20,000 bases of DNA from sequence record DRR723986_5625. One strand, written 5' to 3'. A program made the position numbers and the translations under genes. This document shows, in pieces, positions 7,776 through 15,299 of the stretch. Under the pieces are notes generated by a model. It had not been told where the DNA came from. It saw only the letters and a program-made list of their open reading frames with translations, and made no database searches. Each line of letters starts with the position of its first letter. Within the stretch, counting starts at the first letter, position 1.

Positions 7776-8932
7776 CAAAACACCTCCGCCGGGTCGACCG
7801 AGCGCAGCTTGCGCAGGGCGAACAGGCCCGAGAATACGCACATGGCGAGGGTCAGCCCGAGCACGCCGAGCCCGCTTTCCAGGGACATTGCCAGCGGCAG
7901 CTGGGTGACCTCGGCACTGTAATCGAACACGAAGAGCGTTATCGCCATCCCCGGTAGAAAGCCGAATAGCGCCAGCAGGACTGCTTCCTGTAGCACCACG
8001 CCACTGAGATAGCGGTGGGTGTAGCCCATGGCCAGTAAGGTGGCGTACTCCTGGAGATGGTCCTGCACGTCCGAATAGAGGATCTGGTAAACAATGATCG
8101 ACCCGACCACCAGTCCCATGATCACCCCGAAGGTAAAGATATAGCCGATCGGCGTGGTGGTCGCCCAGTGATCGATTTCCAGTTGCGCAAACTCGCCGCG
8201 GGTAAACACACGGACATCATTGGGCAGGCTGGCGAGGATGGCCGCCTGGGCAGTTTCGGGTGTGGTCCCGGGTTTCAGTCGGATCAGGCCCAGATCGATC
8301 GCGGATTCCTGGCGGTTGGGAAACATGCGCCGGAAGTTCAGGTCCGAGGTGATGATGCCGCCGTCGAGCCCGAACGACGTGCCGATCGAGTACAGGTCGA
8401 CGACAGTGAAGGCCCGGTCATTGATCTCGGTTTTTACTTCGCCGCGCTCAGCCATCAGGTCGGCTACCGCACCGTATTCCGGTCGACTCAGGCGATCGAA
8501 AATAACCTGGTAGGGGATGCGCAGCTGGCGATGGTTTTCCTCGGTGATCAGCTTGCCAAAGCCGTGGTCAACCGGGTCAAAGCCCATGGAAAAAATACTG
8601 CGGGAGCGCCGAGGGTCAGTGGGGTGACGCCACACAGCCATGCCGAGGTAGACCGGGGTTACCGACTGCACGAATTCGAAGCCCTGGGCCTGGTACAGGC
8701 GATTGCGTGGAAACTGCTGGGAGACCAGCAGGAAATCGGTTTTCGGCGACAGCATCACCAGGTCGTATTCCATGCCGTCGTGGTAGCGGATAGCGCTGGC
8801 GAACAGCGCCTCGCGAAACTCCAGCTGGACGAAAATCAGTACCACGGCAAAGGTGATACCCAGGGTTGCCGCCAGCATGCGCAGCTTCTGGTGTTGTAAC
8901 TGAAGCCAGCCTAGGGGGATGGACTTGAACAT
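7775..8932 (-). CDS. devC: DevC-family ABC exporter permease (FtsX/MacB-type)
   Basis: IPLGWLQL...LGITFAVVLIFVQL, TPIGYIF..G, IVYQILYSDV.DHL.EYATL.AMGY and C-terminal LRKLRSVDPAEVF closely match cyanobacterial DevC. Confidence 0.92.
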   Translation of the reverse strand: MFKSIPLGWLQLQHQKLRMLAATLGITFAVVLIFVQLEFREALFASAIRYHDGMEYDLVMLSPKTDFLLVSQQFPRNRLYQAQGFEFVQSVTPVYLGMAVWRHPTDPRRSRSIFSMGFDPVDHGFGKLITEENHRQLRIPYQVIFDRLSRPEYGAVADLMAERGEVKTEINDRAFTVVDLYSIGTSFGLDGGIITSDLNFRRMFPNRQESAIDLGLIRLKPGTTPETAQAAILASLPNDVRVFTRGEFAQLEIDHWATTTPIGYIFTFGVIMGLVVGSIIVYQILYSDVQDHLQEYATLLAMGYTHRYLSGVVLQEAVLLALFGFLPGMAITLFVFDYSAEVTQLPLAMSLESGLGVLGLTLAMCVFSGLFALRKLRSVDPAEVF

Positions 8933-9708
8933 CAGAGTGCGATTTCCACCTCGACCTGCATGTCGGTGTACCTCGCCACCGACTCGCCGTTATCGAGCAG
9001 GATTTTTACCTCCACCACCCGCGCATCGGTTTTTGCCACCGGGTCGGTACCCAGCACGTCGAGCCGACCTACCCGCAGCTCGGTGTCCTCCACCTGCCCG
9101 GTAAGCGGCTCCTCAAGGGCGGCCAGGCTTATGGTCGCCCGTTGCCCGGGTTTGATCTTGGCAATGTCGGTCTCGTAGACCTCGGCGATTGCGTACATCC
9201 GGTCGGTCTGTCCCAACTCCAGGATGCCCTGCGGACCGATCTGCTCGCCGGGTCGGGTATGGATGTCCAGTACCTGTGCCCGCAGCGGGGATTTTACTAC
9301 CGCCAGTGCCAGGCGGGCCCGGGCGGCTGCCAGCTCGGCGACGGCGACTTCGAGGTTCATGGTGGCGCTGTCGAGGGTCACCTTGCTGGTCGACATGGTT
9401 TTGGACAGGTCATTCTGCCGGGCCAGTTCGCGGCGGGCGTTCCTCAGTACCGCCTCCAGGCGGTTGACCTCGGCGACCCGCAGGTCATAAGTGTCCAGCC
9501 GGGCGATTTCCTGGTCCTCCTCCACCCAGTCGCCTTCCTTGACCATCAGGGTGTTGATGACACCGCCCATGCCGGTCGGTCCCGCCAGTTTGATAATGCC
9601 ATCTTTGGGTTCCAGCCTGCCCAGGCAGGAGATCGACCGATCCTGGGCAGTTGCGGCAAACGGAGTGAAGGTGAGCAGGAGCGTGAGGCACAGGGTCAGG
9701 ACGCGCAT
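8932..9708 (-). CDS. devB: DevB-family membrane fusion / periplasmic adaptor protein
   Basis: LGRLEP, lipoyl-like MVKEGDWVEEDQEIARLD, a coiled coil, ELGQTDRMYAIAEVYETDI and DARVVEVKI. The likely start is ATG 9708 (MRVLTL..., GGGA upstream). The stop overlaps the devC ATG (TGATG). Confidence 0.88.
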   Translation of the reverse strand: MRVLTLCLTLLLTFTPFAATAQDRSISCLGRLEPKDGIIKLAGPTGMGGVINTLMVKEGDWVEEDQEIARLDTYDLRVAEVNRLEAVLRNARRELARQNDLSKTMSTSKVTLDSATMNLEVAVAELAAARARLALAVVKSPLRAQVLDIHTRPGEQIGPQGILELGQTDRMYAIAEVYETDIAKIKPGQRATISLAALEEPLTGQVEDTELRVGRLDVLGTDPVAKTDARVVEVKILLDNGESVARYTDMQVEVEIAL

Positions 9709-9803
9709 GGCAAGGGTTTCCCGTTCGCGGTTGCTATTGTTATTGACAGTTATCCGCCACCCCAAGCATAGACCGGCTTGATGGTTTTTCAATGTTGCCG
9801 GGA

Positions 9804-10517
9804 TTAATCACAGTCCAGCAGGTAGGCAAGGTGCTCGAAGCTGTCGGCGGTGTAATCAAACTGGCGGTCGGTCTTCATGAAATCGGGCTCGCCCGCTGGT
9901 CCCCATTCATTGGGCCGTTTGATAAAGGCGGTTTGAAAGCCGCTGTCGGACGCCGCAGCGAGATCGGTGCCGTGGGCAGCCACCATCAGGCATTCGGATG
10001 GATCCAGCTGCAGCCATCGGGCCGCAGTCAGATAAGCCTGCGCGCGCGGTTTATAAACCCCGATCGCCTCGCAGGAAATCACCGTATCCCAACTGAGGCC
10101 GGCTCGCTTGCAGGTGTCGATGATCAGCCGCGTGGACAGGATCGTAAGGGAGGCGACGATGTACTTGCTGCGCAGCCGCGCCAGGCCGTCCCGGACGTCG
10201 GGCCAGCAATCCAGCGCATGCCACGCATCGCGCACCTCGTCGAAGTCGGCGGCGGTGAAGGCGCCAAGGCCATACTCCCGGGCAACCCGTTCGATCTGCT
10301 GCCGGTGCACGTGGTCGATATTAAAATCCGGGACGAAATCCTCGGCGCCGCCGGTCATCCCCATCAGCGAGCGCACGCGGTAGTCAGTGGTTATCCTCGC
10401 CCAGTCAGCCGCAACGCCGCGGCGCTCGCCGATCTCGGCGAGTTTCCTGCTGATTCCACCGTGCCAGTCGAGAATGGTGCCGCCGGTGTCGAAAGTGAGT
10501 GCTCTGATCCTGGTCAT
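9804..10517 (-). CDS. HAD-superfamily hydrolase, type II haloacid-dehalogenase-like
   Basis: FDTGGTILDW (motif I), YKP...AY and MVAAHGTDL...G. Confidence 0.88.
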   Translation of the reverse strand: MTRIRALTFDTGGTILDWHGGISRKLAEIGERRGVAADWARITTDYRVRSLMGMTGGAEDFVPDFNIDHVHRQQIERVAREYGLGAFTAADFDEVRDAWHALDCWPDVRDGLARLRSKYIVASLTILSTRLIIDTCKRAGLSWDTVISCEAIGVYKPRAQAYLTAARWLQLDPSECLMVAAHGTDLAAASDSGFQTAFIKRPNEWGPAGEPDFMKTDRQFDYTADSFEHLAYLLDCD

Positions 10518-10523
10518 ACGTGC

Positions 10524-11387
10524 TTACTCCAACACCCGTACCACGTCACCCTGCTGCACGGTGCCGGCCTGCTCGACACTGGCATAGAGTCCCAGGTTGC
10601 CATCATTTTCCCGGACCAGTGCGCGCATGATCCCGGGGTCGCGGGGTAAATCATCAAAACCGTGGGTTGTCATGGCACATCGGGGGCAGGCGACTTCAGC
10701 TTGCAAAATCACGCTGCCGATCTGCAATCGTTTTCCTGCCCAGGCCTGCTCCGGGAACGCTGCGTCACCGTCGGTGTCCTCAAGCAGCAGGTTGGGCCTG
10801 AAGCGTCGCCTGTCGAAGCGCGAGGTATCCTGGCGTGCCTGCATGCTCGCCAGTGACTGCCTGGACATCAAGAGAATCGGAAACGCATCGAAGTAGGTTC
10901 CCGGGGGTGATTCGAATTCGAGTACTTCCGGCGGAAATACCGAGAGGTCCGGCAAGGGTTCGTCTGCAGTGCGGGCGAACATGTCGCGCAGTTCCTGTTC
11001 AAAGTCCTCCTTGTCCGGCGCGCCGCGGCGGTAGTGATCCAGCAACTCGGCCGACATCAGGGGCCACAGGCTGACCGGGTGGTCCAGTGCCGCGCTGAGT
11101 CGCGCATTGATATCGCTGTCACCGGTTGTCACGCAGCTGCCGTCGGGAAGGCGTATCTCAGCGCTCATAGAGCGGCCGGCGGTGGGTTGCTCAAGGTAGC
11201 GTGCTGCGAGCTGCATCAGGGCGGGTATTTTTTTCCCGCCGCGTATGCCGCCGCGTACTTCATCCCGCACCGCCCACGCGCGATCGCCCGGCAAACCTGC
11301 GTGGCCGATCTCAGTCGCGGAGAGTTGTTCCCCGGCCATGCTCTTTACCGGGTAGCGGAAAATTCCAGACAGGCCGCCAACGTCCAT
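10524..11387 (-). CDS. MOSC domain-containing protein (MOSC_N + MOSC; YcbX/mARC-like, no ferredoxin domain)
   Basis: RYPVKSM, GDR, RRFRPN, CPRC and LGLYASV..G.V..GD. Confidence 0.92.
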   Translation of the reverse strand: MDVGGLSGIFRYPVKSMAGEQLSATEIGHAGLPGDRAWAVRDEVRGGIRGGKKIPALMQLAARYLEQPTAGRSMSAEIRLPDGSCVTTGDSDINARLSAALDHPVSLWPLMSAELLDHYRRGAPDKEDFEQELRDMFARTADEPLPDLSVFPPEVLEFESPPGTYFDAFPILLMSRQSLASMQARQDTSRFDRRRFRPNLLLEDTDGDAAFPEQAWAGKRLQIGSVILQAEVACPRCAMTTHGFDDLPRDPGIMRALVRENDGNLGLYASVEQAGTVQQGDVVRVLE

Positions 11388-11448
11388 GTGCTCTCACCGT
11401 TTTGCTGTGTGCTCGCAGTATAGTTCAGCAAGCGGGCTTACCGAACGC

Positions 11449-11470
11449 AAAAGGGGGCTCACTGGCCCCC
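11449..11470 (-). terminator. Rho-independent terminator downstream of the amidohydrolase gene
   Basis: The minus strand reads GGGGGC-CAGTGA-GCCCCC-TTTT about 24 nt after the stop codon. Confidence 0.7.
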
Positions 11471-11493
11471 GGTTGATAGCAGGGCTGGCGGGG

Positions 11494-13242
11494 TCAGGCC
11501 TGCGCCGCACCGCGGGCCAGCGCGGGGCCCTGTTGCGGCCCGCGGATAACGCCACCCGGGGTTGGTCCCTGCATCTGGCCATCGCGGAAGGTCACCTGGC
11601 CTGACTTGATGGTCGCGACGTAGCCATCAGCTTTCTGCAGCAGGCGCTTGCCGCCGGCTGGCAGGTCGAAAGCCAACCAGGGCTTGCCCAGTTTCAGCGC
11701 GTCCATATCGATAATATTCAGGTCGGCGAGGTAGCCCGGTGCCAGCAGGCCGCGATCCTCGAGCCCGTAGAGGAGGGCGGTGTCACGGCATTGGCGTTTG
11801 ATTGCCTGGGCCAGGGGAATGCGGCCTTTGGCCCGGTCGCGGACCCAGTACTCAAGCATAAAGGTCGGCGCTGCGGCATCGCAGATGGTGCCGCAGTGAG
11901 CGCCGCCGTCTGACAGCGAGTTGACGCAGTCGTCGGCGTTTTGCAGCGGCTCCAGGAAATCCAGGTTGCCATCCGCGTAGTTCAACACCGGGAAATAGAT
12001 AAAACCACAGCCCTCGTCTGTCAGCATGGTGTCGTAGGCTTGCTCCTGCGGGTCGATACCGCGCTGGTCCGCCCGTGCCTGGATGGTTTCTTCACTGGTC
12101 GGCTCGTAGTTGAAGCCCGGGCCCATTTCGTACAGGGCTAACCAGCCATTGGTGATCAGTTCCAGCAGCATGGCCAGGTCGGTTTCCGGGAGCTGGCTGT
12201 CCTCATCCAGCATACGGCGTTTGAACGCCGGATCCTTCAGCTGCGCCAGCTGTTGTTCCCAGGGCAGCTCGGCAATTTCCAGCCATGCCGGTTTAAAGGA
12301 GAACGGGTGGAAGGTGGTTTGCCAGCCCATGATGATGCCATTGCCGCGCAGGGCTATCTGGGCAACGATGTTTGCACCCGCGGCGTTCTGCTTGCGCATT
12401 TCGGCGATCTGTTCATCCAGCGGCAGTTCCTTGGCGATGGACTGCAGGGCGGCAAAGGTAACCGGCAGGCCGGTTTCCCGGCTCAGGTCACCCATCCATT
12501 CGAATTCATTCCAATCCCGCTTCAGGTCGGAGGCCATTTCGAACACGCCGAAGCCGGCCCGGCCCATGGCACGGCCAATGCCCAGCAGTTCCTCGGGGGT
12601 TGCCGTGGTGCCCGGTACCAGTTCCCCATCCACCGACTTGTGCAGCACCGTTCGCGAGGTGGAAAAGCCCAGGGCCCCGGACTTCAGGCCTTCCTCCACA
12701 ATGGCCGACATGGCGGCAATATCGGTCTCCGTTGGCTCTTCGTTGGCGGCGCCGCGCTCGCCCATGACATACGCGCGTACCGCGCCATGGGGTACGTGGG
12801 TGCCGACGTCCACCGTACGCGGCAGCTTTTCCAGGGCGTCCATGTATTCGGGGAAGCTTTCCCAATCCCAGCGAATGCCCTCCGCCAGCGCAGTACCGGG
12901 GATGTCCTCAACGCCTTCCATCAGGCCGATTAACCAGTCGTGTTTATCCGGCTTTGCCGGCGCGAAGCCGACGCCGCAATTGCCCATTACCACGGTGGTA
13001 ACGCCGTGCCAGGAGGAGGGCGCCATCTCGGGGTCCCAGGTCGCCTGGCCGTCGTAGTGGGTGTGGATGTCGACGAAGCCCGGCGCTACCACGCGTCCAG
13101 TGGCGTCCAGCTCCTGCTTGCCCGCGGGCAGGTCGGGGCCGATAGCTGTTATCTTGTCGCCATCGATGGCCACATCGGCCACAAAACCTTCATTGCCGGA
13201 GCCGTCGACGACGGTGCCTCCGCGGATTACCAGATCATGCAT
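11494..13242 (-). CDS. Amidohydrolase family protein, N-acyl-D-amino-acid deacylase (D-aminoacylase)-like
   Basis: PGFVDIHTHYD, HGVTTVVMGNCGVGFAP, GALGFSTSR, SDGGAH and DRGLLAPGYLADLN. GAGGA Shine-Dalgarno upstream. Confidence 0.92.
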   Translation of the reverse strand: MHDLVIRGGTVVDGSGNEGFVADVAIDGDKITAIGPDLPAGKQELDATGRVVAPGFVDIHTHYDGQATWDPEMAPSSWHGVTTVVMGNCGVGFAPAKPDKHDWLIGLMEGVEDIPGTALAEGIRWDWESFPEYMDALEKLPRTVDVGTHVPHGAVRAYVMGERGAANEEPTETDIAAMSAIVEEGLKSGALGFSTSRTVLHKSVDGELVPGTTATPEELLGIGRAMGRAGFGVFEMASDLKRDWNEFEWMGDLSRETGLPVTFAALQSIAKELPLDEQIAEMRKQNAAGANIVAQIALRGNGIIMGWQTTFHPFSFKPAWLEIAELPWEQQLAQLKDPAFKRRMLDEDSQLPETDLAMLLELITNGWLALYEMGPGFNYEPTSEETIQARADQRGIDPQEQAYDTMLTDEGCGFIYFPVLNYADGNLDFLEPLQNADDCVNSLSDGGAHCGTICDAAAPTFMLEYWVRDRAKGRIPLAQAIKRQCRDTALLYGLEDRGLLAPGYLADLNIIDMDALKLGKPWLAFDLPAGGKRLLQKADGYVATIKSGQVTFRDGQMQGPTPGGVIRGPQQGPALARGAAQA

Positions 13243-13384
13243 GCCTGCGGTCCTCGTCCTGTTATCTGATCTGCCAGACTACGTTTGCGCCACGGTAGTT
13301 TCAAGCTGCGCTGGTTGCTGTGATTGAGCCGCGGGGACTTATCCGGGCTCGCTTCCGGCAAGGCCTGCGGTTTAAGCTGGCGGC

Positions 13385-14416
13385 ATGAGTGGAGCAACAG
13401 AATCGCTGATCACCGGCCAGCCCGGCCCCCGGGTGCTGGTTGCGGGAGCCACGGGCTATATCGGCCGCCATGTGACAGCGGAATTGCTGGCCCGAGGCTA
13501 TAAGGTCGTCGCCCTGGCGCGCCCGCAAACCGCCGCGGCCGGTGCAGCACCTTCCCCTCAAGAGCCCGCCGGGGCGGAGTGGCGATTCTGTGATGTCGGT
13601 GATGCCGATGCCCTGCAACAGGACGGGATTCGTGGCGAGTCCTTTGACTTTTTCGTGTCCTGTCTCGGTTCTCGCACCGGTGGCTTTGAGGACGCCTGGC
13701 GGGTGGAATACCAGGCCAATCGCAAGCTGCTGGAGGCGGCGCAGGGAGCCGGGGTCAGGCGCTTTGTCCTGCTGTCGGCCATCTGCGTGCAGAAGCCCCG
13801 GCTCGCGTTCCAGCACGCCAAGCTGGCATTTGAAAGCGAGCTGGTTGCCTCGGGGCTGGACTATGCAATCGTGCGGCCGACGGCGTTTTTCAAATCACTG
13901 GCCGGCCAGGTGCAGGCGGTGGCCCGGGGCAAGCCGTTCATGGTGTTCGGCAACGGGGAACTGACCGCCTGCAAGCCGATCGCCGAGGCGGACCTCGCCC
14001 GCTACCTGGTGGACTGCCTGGTGGATGAGGCCCGGCGCAACCGGATCCTGCCGATCGGCGGACCGGGCCCTGCGGTATCGCCCCGCCAGCAGGCGGGGAT
14101 ACTGGCGGAACTGCTCGGCAGGCCTGTTCCTGTGCGCAGGATACCGCTGTGGATTTTTCGGCTCGCAATCTCGGTGCTGACCCCTCTCGGCCGGGTGTTC
14201 CCGGTACTGCGCGACAAGGCCGAGTTCGCCCGGATCGGCCAGTATTACGCCAGTGAGTCGATGCTCGCGTGGGACCCGGTTGCCGGGCGCTACGTGGCCG
14301 ACGCTACCCCTGAGTATGGCGAAACCACCTTGCGCCAGTTCTACGCTCAGGGGCTGGCGCAGGGGCTTGAGGGGCAGGAGCTCGGCGACCATGCGTTGTT
14401 TGACAGGCGGCGCTGA
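13385..14416 (+). CDS. bciA: NADPH-dependent 3,8-divinyl (proto)chlorophyllide 8-vinyl reductase, BciA/DVR family
   Basis: GATGYIG, SCLGSRTG, VLLSAICVQKPRLAFQHAKL, IVRPTAFFKSL.GQ, FGNG...CKPI, ILPIGGPG and RIGQYYASESML are signature blocks of BciA and plant DVR. Confidence 0.85.
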   Translation: MSGATESLITGQPGPRVLVAGATGYIGRHVTAELLARGYKVVALARPQTAAAGAAPSPQEPAGAEWRFCDVGDADALQQDGIRGESFDFFVSCLGSRTGGFEDAWRVEYQANRKLLEAAQGAGVRRFVLLSAICVQKPRLAFQHAKLAFESELVASGLDYAIVRPTAFFKSLAGQVQAVARGKPFMVFGNGELTACKPIAEADLARYLVDCLVDEARRNRILPIGGPGPAVSPRQQAGILAELLGRPVPVRRIPLWIFRLAISVLTPLGRVFPVLRDKAEFARIGQYYASESMLAWDPVAGRYVADATPEYGETTLRQFYAQGLAQGLEGQELGDHALFDRRR

Positions 14417-14463
14417 CAAACAGTCTCGGGCGGATGGCGCTTGGGGTCATAGCGGCATCGTCA

Positions 14464-14472
14464 TGCTATGCT
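14464..14472 (+). promoter_or_regulatory. Putative extended -10 element (TG-C-TATGCT) for the HD gene
   Basis: Lies about 37 nt upstream of ATG 14510, which has a GGGAG Shine-Dalgarno. Confidence 0.35.
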
Positions 14473-14509
14473 GGAAAATTATTCAGCACGTTCCCAGGGA
14501 GTACGATCT

Positions 14510-15100
14510 ATGACCTCAGCAGAGAAGCCGCGGGCCCGTTTCCACCACATGAAGGACGGTACTGCAGAAGACTGGAAAATCATTCTCGGTGAAGTGAAGC
14601 ACTTTGCCGGAGGACTGCCCGACCGGATCATGGCGCACCTGAAATTGCTGGACGGTGATTTTGGCGGCTTTCCCGTTGATCGGCTCACCCACTGCCTGCA
14701 GACGGCGACCCTGGCGCATAAGGATGGTCGCGATGAGGAGTACGTGGTCTGTGCCTTGTTGCACGATATCGGTGACACCCTCGGCCCGTTCAACCACGCT
14801 GACGTTGCGGCTACCCTGCTGGAACCCTTCGTCAGCGAGCAGAACCACTGGATGATCAAGCACCACGGTATTTTTCAGGGCTATTATTTTTTCCATCACA
14901 TCGGCCTGGACCGGGATATGCACAAACAGTTCGAGGGCCATCCGCACTACGCCTATACCCGCGAGTTCATCGACAAGTACGATGCCCCGGCGTTTGATCC
15001 CGAGGGCGAAACCTATCCGTTGGAGTTCTTCGCGCCGATGCTGGGTCGGGTGCTGTCGGCTCCGAAGCAATCGATGTATAAGGCCGCGATGGCGGAATGA
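14510..15100 (+). CDS. HD-domain metalloprotein (phosphohydrolase or oxygenase family)
   Basis: THCLQTATLA...EEYVVCALLHDIGD...NH...HHGIFQGYY...D. The start ATG 14510 follows a GGGAG Shine-Dalgarno. Confidence 0.88.
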   Translation: MTSAEKPRARFHHMKDGTAEDWKIILGEVKHFAGGLPDRIMAHLKLLDGDFGGFPVDRLTHCLQTATLAHKDGRDEEYVVCALLHDIGDTLGPFNHADVAATLLEPFVSEQNHWMIKHHGIFQGYYFFHHIGLDRDMHKQFEGHPHYAYTREFIDKYDAPAFDPEGETYPLEFFAPMLGRVLSAPKQSMYKAAMAE

Positions 15101-15198
15101 TCGGGGCTGCAGGTCGCCTGCGGCCGGCGGTGGGGCCCCAGGCACTTGCGCCAGATCATCATGAGGGGAAATATGCCCCGCCGGTGCCCCAACGACCT

Positions 15199-15230
15199 TG
15201 TTAAAGTCGGGAAACAGGTTACATTTAACA
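15199..15230. promoter_or_regulatory. AT-rich inverted-repeat operator candidate upstream of the YCF48/MMPL operon
   Basis: TGTTAAA-N18-TTTAACA (15199-15205 / 15224-15230) with a nested TGTT-N10-AACA (15199-15216). Confidence 0.4.
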
Positions 15231-15299
15231 GCATAAAACCAGAAACAGGCGGCGGCCGGGCAGCTTGATCGACGGCGGCGCTGGATAACCGGGATACCC

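Noticed and set aside
7776..7841. Upstream start for the devA ORF
   Set aside because: It lies inside devC. The TGATG coupling at 7775 marks the likely start.
9792..10649. Long antisense ORFs (9792..10649, 12110..13057, 14516..15493, 15831..16757, 16483..17673, 8057..8899 and others)
   Set aside because: They have no recognisable motifs and are expected opposite real genes in GC-rich DNA.
13243..13384. PpsR site upstream of bciA
   Set aside because: Both TGT triplets in this intergenic region were checked, and neither is followed by N12-ACA.
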